Shown: in pieces, positions 28,551 through 39,314 of the stretch
How positions within the stretch are numbered: position 1 is the first letter of the stretch
Layout of the letters: every line of letters begins with the position of its first letter
Origin: Flavobacteriales bacterium
GTDB taxonomy: Bacteria; Bacteroidota; Bacteroidia; DT-38
DNA length: 64,000 nucleotides
Assembly: GCA_013214205.1 (NCBI GenBank)
Contig: JABSPQ010000224.1
Coordinates: 53,756 to 117,755 of the forward strand
Reading direction: 5' to 3'
The notes under the pieces: model-generated
What the model saw: only the letters and a program-made list of their open reading frames with translations
What the model was told of the DNA's origin: nothing
Databases searched by the model: none
Translations under genes and position numbers: made by a program

Positions 28551-31424
28551 ATGTCTCGAAATAATTTTACATCACGCCACATTGGACCTAGCTTAGAAGA
28601 AGTTAGCCAAATATTAACAGTAGTTGGGGTTGACTCAATCGACCAATTAATAGATGAAACTGTTCCCAAAGAAATTAGATTAAAGAACGAATTACAGCTG
28701 CCTGTTGCGGTATCTGAATTCGAATACCTGCAAGAAGTACGAACTATTGCTGCTAAAAATAAAATCTTTAATTCCTTTATTGGTCTGGGATATTACGAAT
28801 GCATTGTACCAAGTGTTATTCTGCGAAATGTAATGGAAAACCCGGGTTGGTATACAGCTTACACGCCATATCAATCGGAAATTGCCCAAGGCAGACTGGA
28901 AGCGCTTCTTAACTTCCAAACCATGATTTGCGATTTAACAGGGATGGAAATTGCCAATGCATCTTTACTCGATGAGGGCACAGCAGCAGCAGAAGCCATG
29001 CTTATGATGTATCGAATTCAGCAAAGAAATAAATCTAAAAAGGAAGCAACCACTTTCTTTGTTTCAAACGAATGCTTCCCTCAAACAATCGATTTATTAA
29101 AAACAAGAGCGGAACCTTTAGATATTCAACTGATTATAGGCGACTACAAAGATTTTAAGTTCACCAATAATATTTATGGCGCATTTATTCAATGTCCCAC
29201 AGCAGATGGCGAATTACACGACTATTCCGACTTTGTAGCCAGCGCACACACCAACGACACATTGGTTGGAGTAGCAGCAGATATTTTGAGTTTAACGCTT
29301 CTCAAACCTCCAGGCGAATGGGGTGCTGATGTAGTTATTGGTTCTACTCAAAGATTTGGTGTGCCTTTAGGGTTTGGAGGTCCCCATGCTGCATATTTTG
29401 CTACAAAAAAAGACTTTCAAAGATATATTCCCGGAAGAATTATTGGATTATCGATAGATTCGAACGGCAACCCTGCTTTAAGAATGGCTCTTCAAACCAG
29501 AGAACAGCACATTAAAAGAGAAAAAGCCACTTCAAACATATGCACTTCGCAGGTACTCTTGGCGGTTATGGCAAGTATGTACGCGGTTTATCATGGGCCT
29601 AAAGGACTTAAATCGATTGCGCAAAACATTAATAATTCGGTTCATTTTTTAGTCAATCAATTAAAACGAATGGGCTACGATTCTGCTTTTGATAACTATT
29701 TTGATACTGTTAAGATTCTACTGCCAGTTCACATCACAAAGTCTCATATTAAAGAGATTGCGCTTAAGAAAAACATGAATTTCAGGTATTATTTCGATAA
29801 TCATATTGGAATAAGCCTAGATGAAACTTCAACGCTTGAAGTTTTACATATTATTATAGAAGTGTTTGCCAAAGCAAATAATCGTTCGCACAAAAACTGC
29901 GAAATCATGGGTTCGAATGAATCTGATTCAATTCAGGCAAAACTGCAAAGGAAAAGCGACTATATGACGCATCCTGTTTTCAATTCATATCATTCGGAGA
30001 CGGATTTAATGCGCTACATGAAAAAATTGGAGCATAGAGATGTTAGCTTAACGCATTCTATGATTCCTTTAGGCTCTTGCACCATGAAATTAAATTCAGC
30101 ATCGGAACTAATTCCTGTTAGCTGGCCAGAGTTTGCGTCGCTTCACCCTTTTAAACCTGAGGATCAAGCGGTAGGATACATGGAAATAATTCAGAGTTTA
30201 AGAAATTTGCTATGCGAAATCACCGGATTTGCAGGTGTCTCTTTTCAACCTAATTCTGGTGCCCAAGGTGAATATGCGGGTTTAATGGTGATTAGAGAAT
30301 ATCATAAAAGTAGAGGCGAAGGACAACGAAATGTAATGCTTATCCCCTCGTCGGCACACGGAACAAACCCTGCTAGTGCTGTATTAGCAGGTATGAAAGT
30401 GGTAATTATTAAATGTGATGACTTCGGCAACATTGATGTTAAAGATTTGAGAGAAAAAGCAAACGAACATGCCGAAATACTTTCTGGACTGATGGTAACC
30501 TACCCTTCTACTCACGGGGTTTTTGAGGCCAGTATTATTGAAATTACCTCTATTATTCATGATAATGGCGGACAGGTTTATATGGATGGTGCGAACATGA
30601 ATGCTCAAATTGGGCTTACAAGTCCCGGGGCTATTGGTGCCGATGTATGTCATTTGAATCTTCATAAAACATTTGCTATTCCGCATGGCGGCGGTGGCCC
30701 TGGAGTTGGACCAATTTGTGTTGCTGCCCATCTCGAACCATTTTTACCATCGCACAGCATTATTAATACTGGTGGCAGACAAGGCGTTTCGCCCATTTCG
30801 TCCGCTCAAAGAGGAAGTGCGCTTATACTCCTTATTTCTTACGGATATTTAAGAATGTTGGGCAAAGAAGGTATTTTAGACGTTACACGATACGCTATTC
30901 TCAATGCGAATTACATGAAAAAGCGTTTAGAAAAGTATTTCCCTGTTTTATATACAGGTGAAAATGACAGAGTAGCACACGAATTAATTATTGATTGTAG
31001 GGCTTTTAAATCTAGTGCAGGCATCGAAGTTGAAGACATTGCCAAACGGCTTATCGATTATGGGTATCATGCGCCAACTGTTTCTTTCCCTGTAGTTGGT
31101 ACTTTAATGATAGAACCAACCGAAAGTGAATCGAAAATAGAAATTGATCGTTTTTGCGATGTTATGATTTGTATTAGAGAAGAAATTAAAGAGATTGAAG
31201 ATGGTAAAGCTGACATGGTGGACAACGTTCTGAAAAATTCGCCACATACAGCAGAAAGCATTGCTGTGGAAAACTGGGAACACGTTTACACTAGAGAGAA
31301 AGCTGTTTATCCCACAAAATTGGTACGAGATAATAAGTTTTGGCCTTTTGTGGGACGGGTAGACAACGCAACTGGCGATAGAAACCTGATTTGCTCTTGC
31401 CCTGCTATAGAAGATTATAATTAA
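28551..31424 (+). CDS. gcvP: Glycine dehydrogenase (decarboxylating), single-chain P protein of the glycine cleavage system
   Basis: 957 aa; N-terminus FTSRHIGPS...; PLP-lysine region [19 protein letters not shown]. Confidence 0.95.
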   Translation: MSRNNFTSRHIGPSLEEVSQILTVVGVDSIDQLIDETVPKEIRLKNELQLPVAVSEFEYLQEVRTIAAKNKIFNSFIGLGYYECIVPSVILRNVMENPGWYTAYTPYQSEIAQGRLEALLNFQTMICDLTGMEIANASLLDEGTAAAEAMLMMYRIQQRNKSKKEATTFFVSNECFPQTIDLLKTRAEPLDIQLIIGDYKDFKFTNNIYGAFIQCPTADGELHDYSDFVASAHTNDTLVGVAADILSLTLLKPPGEWGADVVIGSTQRFGVPLGFGGPHAAYFATKKDFQRYIPGRIIGLSIDSNGNPALRMALQTREQHIKREKATSNICTSQVLLAVMASMYAVYHGPKGLKSIAQNINNSVHFLVNQLKRMGYDSAFDNYFDTVKILLPVHITKSHIKEIALKKNMNFRYYFDNHIGISLDETSTLEVLHIIIEVFAKANNRSHKNCEIMGSNESDSIQAKLQRKSDYMTHPVFNSYHSETDLMRYMKKLEHRDVSLTHSMIPLGSCTMKLNSASELIPVSWPEFASLHPFKPEDQAVGYMEIIQSLRNLLCEITGFAGVSFQPNSGAQGEYAGLMVIREYHKSRGEGQRNVMLIPSSAHGTNPASAVLAGMKVVIIKCDDFGNIDVKDLREKANEHAEILSGLMVTYPSTHGVFEASIIEITSIIHDNGGQVYMDGANMNAQIGLTSPGAIGADVCHLNLHKTFAIPHGGGGPGVGPICVAAHLEPFLPSHSIINTGGRQGVSPISSAQRGSALILLISYGYLRMLGKEGILDVTRYAILNANYMKKRLEKYFPVLYTGENDRVAHELIIDCRAFKSSAGIEVEDIAKRLIDYGYHAPTVSFPVVGTLMIEPTESESKIEIDRFCDVMICIREEIKEIEDGKADMVDNVLKNSPHTAESIAVENWEHVYTREKAVYPTKLVRDNKFWPFVGRVDNATGDRNLICSCPAIEDYN

Positions 31425-31783
31425 AACCCGTTGGCGTAAAGCATCGATCCACCAATGGTTATACATATACCAGCAAAAGCTAATGGCATGCCTATATACG
31501 AATTAACTTTACCGTCGGAATCGTAAAGTTGAAATAAAGTAACTCCAGCACCTGCTATTACAACTCCACCGATTTTCATCCATTTGCCTAATTGTCGTGT
31601 ACCAATGGATCGTTTAAACAGAATTGGTTGAGTTGAAAGTGTATTGAAATTTAGTTCGATCGGTTTAAACACTAATGCTCTAGGCTCAGGCGAAGTTGTT
31701 TTTAGTAATAAAGGATTACCAGCTTGAGTATTTGCGATACCAAACAAGCAAATTAATGCAATGGAAATTATAAACCTTTTCAT
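31421..31783 (-). CDS. Small exported/membrane protein, hypothetical
   Basis: Signal peptide; G-rich hydrophobic segments; stop codon overlaps the gcvP stop (shared ttaa). Confidence 0.4.
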   Translation of the reverse strand: MKRFIISIALICLFGIANTQAGNPLLLKTTSPEPRALVFKPIELNFNTLSTQPILFKRSIGTRQLGKWMKIGGVVIAGAGVTLFQLYDSDGKVNSYIGMPLAFAGICITIGGSMLYANGF

Positions 31784-31923
31784 TTATATGGATTCAATTC
31801 GGTACTAAAGATAGTATCTAGTTACAATTCAACAAAACAAATAACTTATTCTGTACTTAAATAAAGAAATGCTTTTGGTACTTCTAATACTTTTCAGATT
31901 AAGAATAGTTGTACAATCAGCCA

Positions 31924-32670
31924 TTAATCCCTCTTTTGCTGTAAAAATTTAGAAGCATAAACAAAGCTTTCTACTTCCTTATCATCTGTTTTCAAAATAT
32001 CTTCCTGTCCCCCACTCCAGTGGTTTTCGCCTTTAAAAATAAAATTAATGTTGTCGCCAATCTCAATAACAGAATTCATATCATGACTAATAACAATAGT
32101 TGTGATATCAAATTCTTGCGTAATTTCTTTTATAAGGTTATCAATTACAATAGATGTTTTAGGGTCTAATCCAGAATTTGGCTCATCGCAAAACAAATAA
32201 CGAGGATTAAGCGCAATTGCTCTGGCAATCCCCACTCGCTTCATCATCCCACCACTTATTTCGGAAGGAAATAAATCATTTCGATTTATAAGGTTTACTC
32301 TTTTTAAACAAAAGTTGGCTCTTTCCTCTTTTTCCTCCTCGCTCATTTCCGTTAGCATATTCAACGGAAACTTTACATTATCAATAACACTTAGAGAATC
32401 AAACAACGCTGATCCCTGAAATAACATTCCAATTTTTTTTCGGATTTCTTTACGATTATCTGTATCCATGACAGAGAACAAATCTTTGTCGTAAAAAATT
32501 TCACCTTTATCAATTTCGTGTAAACCAACAATGCTTTTCATCAAAACAGTTTTCCCATGACCACTTTCGCCAATAATCATGTTTACCTTGCCCTGCTCAA
32601 ACTTTATAGAGATGTCCTTTATCACGTCCAACTCGCCAAATGATTTATATATGTTCTTTATCTCAATCAC
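31924..32670 (-). CDS. mlaF: ABC transporter ATP-binding protein, MlaF family
   Basis: Walker A GESGHGKT, signature ISGGMMKRVG, Walker B LFCDEP; start placed at GTG 32670 (VIEIKNIYKSFG), which overlaps the mlaE stop in an ATGTGA junction; the track ATG at 32727 would overlap mlaE by 60 nt. Confidence 0.8.
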   Translation of the reverse strand: MIEIKNIYKSFGELDVIKDISIKFEQGKVNMIIGESGHGKTVLMKSIVGLHEIDKGEIFYDKDLFSVMDTDNRKEIRKKIGMLFQGSALFDSLSVIDNVKFPLNMLTEMSEEEKEERANFCLKRVNLINRNDLFPSEISGGMMKRVGIARAIALNPRYLFCDEPNSGLDPKTSIVIDNLIKEITQEFDITTIVISHDMNSVIEIGDNINFIFKGENHWSGGQEDILKTDDKEVESFVYASKFLQQKRD

Positions 32671-33407
32671 ATCAAAATCAGTTGAGTTAATATATAATTC
32701 AAAGCCAAAATAGCAATACTGGTCCAAACAACCGACCTAGTTCCCGCCTGGCCAACTTCAATAGCGCCACCTTTAACATAGTAACCGAAGTAAGCAGGGA
32801 TAGATGAAAAGGCAATAGCAAAAAAGATAGCTTTTAAAAACGCGTAGCCCATATGGAGTGTTGGATTAAAATCGAGCTTTACACCTGCAATAAAATCTTC
32901 CGATCCACACAGCCCTGTTACGTCTCCAATTACCCAGCCAGATAAAATTCCAATTGCCATACTTATTACCACTAAAAAAGGAATGATCATTACCGATGCA
33001 ATTAACTTCGGCATAATTAAATAATTTGCCGAGTTAATGCCCATCATCTCTAGGGCATCTATTTGCTCTGTAACTCGCATAGTACCTATTTCCGAAGCAA
33101 TGCTCGAACCAACTTTACCGGTAAGTATTAGGCAAATAATAGTAGTTGAAAACTCTTTAATCATCGATTCTCTAGAAGTAAAACCAATAAGCATGTCGGG
33201 TACAAACGGGCTATCGATGGCTGTAGCCGTTTGAATTGTAATAACCATACCTATAAACAGAGAAATGATGGCTACAATTGGAAGCGAATTAATTCCTATG
33301 GAATATAACTCGTTAACCAAGGCCGTTCTAAACACTTTAAAACTCTCGGGGCGGCCAATTGACCTCCCAATTAGCATAAAGTACCTGCCTACGTGATAAA
33401 AAAACAT
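32667..33407 (-). CDS. mlaE: ABC transporter permease, MlaE family
   Basis: 246 aa, five TM segments, MlaE-like sequence. Confidence 0.8.
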   Translation of the reverse strand: MFFYHVGRYFMLIGRSIGRPESFKVFRTALVNELYSIGINSLPIVAIISLFIGMVITIQTATAIDSPFVPDMLIGFTSRESMIKEFSTTIICLILTGKVGSSIASEIGTMRVTEQIDALEMMGINSANYLIMPKLIASVMIIPFLVVISMAIGILSGWVIGDVTGLCGSEDFIAGVKLDFNPTLHMGYAFLKAIFFAIAFSSIPAYFGYYVKGGAIEVGQAGTRSVVWTSIAILALNYILTQLILM

Positions 33408-33517
33408 ACTTATTAAATGATCTTAGCCTATAAAAGTAGTGATATTTTAACGTGCTAAGTTTTACTCATGTTAACGATTTATAAACATTGTTCCGTACTT
33501 AAGTCGTCACTTATATT

Positions 33518-33525
33518 TAATTTTG
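33518..33525 (+). promoter_or_regulatory. -7 promoter box TAATTTTG upstream of a small lipoprotein ORF
   Basis: Perfect TAnnTTTG 25 nt upstream of ATG 33550. Confidence 0.35.
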
Positions 33526-33549
33526 TGGCATCACCAAACATTAACCAAT

Positions 33550-33690
33550 ATGAATAAACGTATATTAATCACTTCTTTAGTTGTTCTAGCGTGCATTACG
33601 ATTATGCTTTCTGGCTGTGGAATTTTCGGTAAAAAGAACAAATGTGATGAATGCCCTCATTTTAAAACAAGCACGATTTTAACAAAATAA
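33550..33690 (+). CDS. Small lipoprotein (46 aa), absent from the ORF track
   Basis: MNKRILITSLVVLACITIMLSGCGIFGKKNKCDECPHFKTSTILTK: signal peptide plus lipobox LSGC, a CxxC pair, and its own promoter box. Confidence 0.45.
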   Translation: MNKRILITSLVVLACITIMLSGCGIFGKKNKCDECPHFKTSTILTK

Positions 33691-33698
33691 CAGTATTA

Positions 33699-34313
33699 AT
33701 GAGTAAGCAAATTGTTTCTGCAGAAGACATATCTCCTTATATACCTGCCTCTGTAGTACCATTTGTAACTCAATTAATAAACCATACTGGTGTTGATCTT
33801 CGCCTAAAAAATAAACGAAAAACCAAATTAGGAGATTATCGCGCTCCATATAACGGAACAGGACATCGCATTACGGTAAACAACGATTTAAATCAATATC
33901 AATTTCTCATCACCTTACTTCACGAGTTTGCACATCTTTTAAATTGGAATAAACATGAGAGCAAAGTTAAATCGCATGGAGAAGAATGGAAACAAGAGTT
34001 TAAAACAATATTGAATAATGATGTTGTTAAAGATTGTTTCCCCGATGATATTAAAGAGGCGCTCGACAAGCATTTACTCAAATTAAGATCGAGTTGCAGC
34101 TTAGACATTGAACTTCAAAGGGTGTTTTTCAACTATGATGAATCTTCGTCTAAAGTATTTATTGCCGACTTAAGTAATGGTATGACTTTCGCGATTGATA
34201 ATGGAAGGGAGTTTTTAGTAATAAAAAAACTCAGAAAAAGGTTAAAATGCAGGGAGATATCTTCCAATAGGATTTACTTATTTAACCCCGCCCATGCGGT
34301 TAATCTTGTATAA
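33699..34313 (+). CDS. SprT-like zinc-metalloprotease domain protein
   Basis: HEFAHL HExxH motif in a SprT-like context (LITLLHEFAHLLNW). Confidence 0.5.
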   Translation: MSKQIVSAEDISPYIPASVVPFVTQLINHTGVDLRLKNKRKTKLGDYRAPYNGTGHRITVNNDLNQYQFLITLLHEFAHLLNWNKHESKVKSHGEEWKQEFKTILNNDVVKDCFPDDIKEALDKHLLKLRSSCSLDIELQRVFFNYDESSSKVFIADLSNGMTFAIDNGREFLVIKKLRKRLKCREISSNRIYLFNPAHAVNLV

Positions 34314-34395
34314 AGTAAGTTCTAATTCTTGGCTCGAATAAACTATCTTTTTTATTATCTTTGCCACCCTAAAATACACATCTAATTTTTTATAC

Positions 34396-35682
34396 ATGAC
34401 AACAGCAGAAATGACGAAGAAAGAATTGAAGCTATCAAAAATGGCTGATAACTTGGAGAGTTCACCAATATTAGTACTATCAAAAGCAGTTAACGAAAAA
34501 ATTGCAGCTGGCGAAAATGTATTTAATTTAACTGTCGGTGATTTTAATCCTAAAATCTTTCCAATACCAACTGCTTTAACCGAAGAGATTATTAGCGCAT
34601 ACAATGCAGGCCTTACCAATTACCCACCAACAGGAGGTTTACCTGAATTAAAACAAGCTATTTCTCGTTATGTAAAGAGAAAAGGCAACATGGAGTACAG
34701 TACTTCTGAAGTTACCGTTACTGGTGGAGCAAGACCATTAATTTACGGAGTTTACCAAACTTTATTAGATCCGGGCGACACTGTTTTATTCCCAGTACCT
34801 TCTTGGAATAACCACTATTATTCGCATTTAGCTCATTGCAAACAGCAAATGATAGAGACTACAGCAGAAAATAACTTTATGATTACTGCTGATGATTTAA
34901 GACCTCACATTCAATCGGCCAATTTATTAGCATTGTGTTCTCCTCAAAATCCTAGCGGAACATGCTTTACAAAAGAACAACTTGAAGATATATGTGATTT
35001 GGTTTTAGAAGAAAACAACAGAAGGGGACCAAATGAAAAGCCAGTTTACGTATTATACGATCAAATTTATTGGATTCTTACTCATGGCGATGTAGAGCAC
35101 GTTAACCCAGTGCTGCTTAGACCAGAAATAAAAGATTACACGATTAACATTGATGGGATTTCTAAAGCATTTGCTGCAACTGGTGTAAGAATTGGTTGGG
35201 CTACAGGACCAGAAAAAATCATTAGCAAATTAGGTGTGGTAATTACTCACATGGGAGCCTGGGCACCTAAGCCAGAGCAAAGTGCTTGTGCTAAATATTT
35301 AGATAGAGAAGACGAAGTTGATGAGTATCTAACTGAAATGAAGAAGAAAATTTCTGATAGATTAAATGCTTTCTACAACGGATTTAAAGCTTTAAGACAA
35401 GAAGGATTTAAAGTTGATGCAATTTCTCCACAAGCAGCAATGTACCTTACAATACAGTTAGACTTAGTTGGCTTAACACCACAAGGAAGCAGCAAGCTTA
35501 CTAATCCTAAAGAAGTAAACGAATTCATTCTTAGCAAGGCAGGTATGGCTTTAGTGCCATTTTATGGCTTTGGAGCATCCGATGATTCTTCTTGGTTTAG
35601 ATTATCTGTAGGGACTACTTCAATGAAAATGATCGATCAATGTTTGGCAAAATTAAAAGTTGCTTTAGACGAATTATCTTAA
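34396..35682 (+). CDS. Class I/II PLP-dependent aminotransferase
   Basis: Aminotransferase fold signatures (NYPPTGGLPELKQAI, SKAFAATGVRIGW with the PLP lysine); 428 aa. Confidence 0.8.
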   Translation: MTTAEMTKKELKLSKMADNLESSPILVLSKAVNEKIAAGENVFNLTVGDFNPKIFPIPTALTEEIISAYNAGLTNYPPTGGLPELKQAISRYVKRKGNMEYSTSEVTVTGGARPLIYGVYQTLLDPGDTVLFPVPSWNNHYYSHLAHCKQQMIETTAENNFMITADDLRPHIQSANLLALCSPQNPSGTCFTKEQLEDICDLVLEENNRRGPNEKPVYVLYDQIYWILTHGDVEHVNPVLLRPEIKDYTINIDGISKAFAATGVRIGWATGPEKIISKLGVVITHMGAWAPKPEQSACAKYLDREDEVDEYLTEMKKKISDRLNAFYNGFKALRQEGFKVDAISPQAAMYLTIQLDLVGLTPQGSSKLTNPKEVNEFILSKAGMALVPFYGFGASDDSSWFRLSVGTTSMKMIDQCLAKLKVALDELS

Positions 35683-35708
35683 GCGCTTAAAACAATCAAA
35701 CCAGAGAC

Positions 35709-36794
35709 ATGGAAAATAATTATTGTGTAATAATGGCGGGTGGTATTGGTAGTCGATTTTGGCCCATGAGCCGAGAAGACATGCCGAAACAATTCCTCGA
35801 TATTTTAGGGATAGGCAAAACGCTCATTCAACAAACCTATGAAAGGTTTGAAAGAGTGTGCCCTTCAGAAAACATCTACATTATTACCAATAAAAGTTAC
35901 CGTGAAAAGATAATTGAACAAATTCCTGGCATTAATCCAGATTGCATTATATGTGAGCCGCATAGAAGAAATACGGCTCCATGTATTGCCTATGCTTCGC
36001 ACAAGATTTATCAATTAAATCCTGATGCAAACATAGTAGTTGCACCTTCCGATCATCTTATTTTAAAAGAGGATGTATTTGTAGATTGCGTAAACACTGC
36101 TCTAGATCAAGCAAGTAAAACAGAATGTTTGATTACAATGGGAATTAAACCCCATAGACCTGATACAGGGTATGGTTACATTCAGTTTGATGCTTCTGAA
36201 ACATTAGAAAACGAGGATCTTAAAAAGGTTAAAGTTTTTACAGAGAAACCTGAATCGGAAGTGGCCAAAGAGTTTTTAGCAAGCGGTGATTACTATTGGA
36301 ATTCGGGCATTTTTATCTGGAATGTAAAAAGTGTAATTAACGGATTAGTAGAGCACCTTTCGGATGTCAATGATCTTTTAAAGGCAGGTGCAGACGCATA
36401 CAATACCGATGCAGAAGAAGCTTTTATCGCCGAAGCATACGAGAAATGTCCAAATATTTCTATCGATTACGGTTTAATGGAGAATGCCAAGAATGTATAC
36501 ATTCTTTGTGCAGATTTCGGATGGTCGGATTTAGGTACTTGGGGATCTCTTTATTCTCATTTGGATAAAGATGAGAATGGCAATGCAAAGGTTGGCGAAA
36601 AAGTTTTCCTTTACGACTCTAGCGACTGCATGGTTCACGTTCCTAACGACAAGCTTGTACTTGTTCAGGGATTGAATGATTACATCGTTTCTGAATCAAA
36701 CAATGTATTGTTGATTTGCAAGAAGGAAGACGAACAAAAAATCAAGGAGGACTTAAAAGATATCAAGTCTAAGCTTGATAATAATTTCTTGTAG
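35709..36794 (+). CDS. Mannose-1-phosphate guanylyltransferase (nucleotidyltransferase plus C-terminal domain)
   Basis: MAGGIGSRFWPMS...PKQF N-terminal NTP-transferase motif; 361 aa. Confidence 0.8.
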   Translation: MENNYCVIMAGGIGSRFWPMSREDMPKQFLDILGIGKTLIQQTYERFERVCPSENIYIITNKSYREKIIEQIPGINPDCIICEPHRRNTAPCIAYASHKIYQLNPDANIVVAPSDHLILKEDVFVDCVNTALDQASKTECLITMGIKPHRPDTGYGYIQFDASETLENEDLKKVKVFTEKPESEVAKEFLASGDYYWNSGIFIWNVKSVINGLVEHLSDVNDLLKAGADAYNTDAEEAFIAEAYEKCPNISIDYGLMENAKNVYILCADFGWSDLGTWGSLYSHLDKDENGNAKVGEKVFLYDSSDCMVHVPNDKLVLVQGLNDYIVSESNNVLLICKKEDEQKIKEDLKDIKSKLDNNFL

Positions 36795-36907
36795 TCAAAG
36801 CTACAGATTCACTACAATCATGTCACTTCGAGTGATTCCGTACTTACTGAATTGCCTGCCCGACCATTAGGGCGGGTATCGAGAATCATTTTTGAAAAGA
36901 AAGTTGC

Positions 36908-38512
36908 TTATAGGTTCTCAAAAAAGTCGTTCCCTTTATCGTCTGAAATAATAAAAGCAGGAAAATCCTCTACTTCAATTTTACGAACTGCTTCCATTCC
37001 TAATTCGGGAAAGTCAATCACCTCTACAGCCTTAATGTTATTTTGAGCTAAAATTGCAGCTGGTCCACCAATAGAACCCAAATAGAACCCACCGTTTTCT
37101 TTACAGCTTTCCTTAACTTGTGCCGATCGGTTTCCTTTTGCCAACATAATCATTGAGCCTCTGGCTTTTTGAAAAGGAGCAACATAAGGATCCATTCTAC
37201 CTGCTGTTGTAGGGCCGAAACTTCCGGAAGCCATACCTTGAGGCGTTTTTGCAGGACCAGCATAATAAACAGGATGATTTTTAAAATAATCCGGCATTTC
37301 TTCACCATTATCCAGCATCTCCTGAATTTTTGCATGAGCAATATCTCTTGCCACAATCAGAGTGCCCGTTAAACTTAATCGTGTTTTGATTGGGTATTTA
37401 CTTAATTCAGCTAAAACCTCTTCCATCGGCCTATTCAGGTCAATACTCACAGCATCCTCCATTTGAGGAGGAACTGCTGGTAAATACTTTTCGGGATTCA
37501 CTTCTAATTGTTCTAAGAAGATTCCTTCAGCGGTAATTTTTGCCTTTATATTTCTATCCGCACTGCAACTAACACCAATTCCGACAGGATTAGACGCCCC
37601 ATGCCTTGGGAGTCTCACTACTTTAACGTCGTGTGCGAAATACTTACCACCAAACTGAGCACCAATGTCGCTTTGTCTACAAATTTCTAATACTTTTTCT
37701 TCCCACTCTAAATCCCTAAACGCTCTTCCTCCCTCACTACCAGTAGTAGGTAAATTGTCGAAATAACCAGCCGACGCCTTTTTAACCGTTGCGAGATTCG
37801 CTTCGGCCGAAGTACCACCAATTACTATGGATAAATGATATGGAGGACAAGCAGCAGTACCTAAATCTCTTATTGCACCTTTCAAAAACGCGATTAAACT
37901 GTTCTCGTTTAGTAGGGATTTTGTTTTTTGATACAAAAATGTTTTGTTAGCCGATCCACCACCTTTGGCCATAAATAGGAATTCATAAGAACTACCCTTT
38001 TTAGCATATATATCTATTTGTGCAGGTAAGTTAGAGCCCGTATTTTTTTCTTCAAACATACTCAACGGTGCAAGTTGAGAATATCTTAAGTTTTTTTCCT
38101 GATAGGTATCAAAGATCCCCTTAGACAGATGCTCCGCATCATTAACACCGGTGTAAATGTCCTCTCCTTTTTTTGCAAGTACTATTGCGGTTCCCGTATC
38201 CTGACAACTTGGAAGTTCACCTTTTGCCGCAACAGTAGCATTTACCAGTAACGTGTGGGCAACATACTTATCGTTGTCCGTAGCTTCATCGTCTTCAATA
38301 ATTTTTGAAAGTAATTCTAAATGAGCAGATCTTAAATAAAACGATACATCCGACATGGCTTTCTTGGCAAGTATTTGAAGTCCTTTGGCACTAACAGTAA
38401 CAATCTTACGATCTCCAACTTCGGTTACATTAATGTGCTCAGAACCCAAGTTTCTGTATTCGGTGTCGTCCTTAGTAATTTGAAAAGGTTCTTCGTATTT
38501 AAATTCTGTCAT
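36908..38512 (-). CDS. Class I (Fe-S) fumarate hydratase
   Basis: 534 aa; N-terminal [14 protein letters not shown]... and the [10 protein letters not shown] cluster-binding motif of FumA/FumB. Confidence 0.9.
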   Translation of the reverse strand: MTEFKYEEPFQITKDDTEYRNLGSEHINVTEVGDRKIVTVSAKGLQILAKKAMSDVSFYLRSAHLELLSKIIEDDEATDNDKYVAHTLLVNATVAAKGELPSCQDTGTAIVLAKKGEDIYTGVNDAEHLSKGIFDTYQEKNLRYSQLAPLSMFEEKNTGSNLPAQIDIYAKKGSSYEFLFMAKGGGSANKTFLYQKTKSLLNENSLIAFLKGAIRDLGTAACPPYHLSIVIGGTSAEANLATVKKASAGYFDNLPTTGSEGGRAFRDLEWEEKVLEICRQSDIGAQFGGKYFAHDVKVVRLPRHGASNPVGIGVSCSADRNIKAKITAEGIFLEQLEVNPEKYLPAVPPQMEDAVSIDLNRPMEEVLAELSKYPIKTRLSLTGTLIVARDIAHAKIQEMLDNGEEMPDYFKNHPVYYAGPAKTPQGMASGSFGPTTAGRMDPYVAPFQKARGSMIMLAKGNRSAQVKESCKENGGFYLGSIGGPAAILAQNNIKAVEVIDFPELGMEAVRKIEVEDFPAFIISDDKGNDFFENL

Positions 38513-38960
38513 TATCGTTTTTTAATATTCTTTGTTAAAAATCATTAGATTTTCTCTATAAACGTACTTTACGTAAGTAACAACGATCTTGTTTTAAAGC
38601 CAAATCCAACAACAACCGTCCATTAAACACTATAAATAAAGGGCTTACACATCCAACAACAACAACTTTTAACTTTCCTATTGAATCTTTTTTAATTCTT
38701 AGTTCGTTACTGTGTTTACTCGGATATATTTAGCTTGTCAATTACTAAATAATGATTATTTTTACGCCGTTATAAATTTAACATTTTGATATGGAAGTTT
38801 TAGGTTTTGTCGCGTTTCTATTTGTATTATGCCTTGCATTTTGGGTATTGATATTCCTTATGCTTTTTGCTCCATATATGGCGCTACTAATGATTCTTGA
38901 TCGTCACAAGCCTGAGCTAGCAGCCAAAATCGCTGGCGTAGAGTACATACCTCACTAATT

Positions 38961-39299
38961 CTATAAGAATTTCTTAACGTTTTCGGGCGGTCTTCCAATC
39001 ACCGCTGTGTTTCCCTTTACCACTATTGGTCTTTCTATTAATACAGGATTTTCAACTAGTATTTTCAACCATTCTTCGTCGGTAAAAGACAATCCTTTTA
39101 GTTTTTCTTTAAACACCTTCTCTCCTTTTCTCACAATTTGTTCAGGTTTCATGTCTAATTTCATCAAGATCATCTCTAAATCCTTTTCTGTTAAAGGCGT
39201 TTTAAGATATTCTATAATTTCCACTTCTACATTTGCATCATTTATAAGTTGAAGTGTCTCTCTACTCTTTCTACATCTGTTGTTGTGATATATTTCCAT
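38961..39299 (-). CDS. ArsC/Spx/YffB family protein
   Basis: 112 aa; IYHNNRCRKSRETL N-terminal CxxS/R motif and IERPIVV. Confidence 0.8.
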   Translation of the reverse strand: MEIYHNNRCRKSRETLQLINDANVEVEIIEYLKTPLTEKDLEMILMKLDMKPEQIVRKGEKVFKEKLKGLSFTDEEWLKILVENPVLIERPIVVKGNTAVIGRPPENVKKFL

Positions 39300-39314
39300 G
39301 TTATAGTATTTATG

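Noticed and set aside
36858-36890. Weak hairpin (gcccgacc attag gggcgggt) between convergent manC-like and fumA, as a bidirectional terminator
   Set aside because: The stem has a mismatch and only a 4-T run; support is insufficient. Recurrence of the 10-mer gtatcgagaa here and at 63880 is probably chance.
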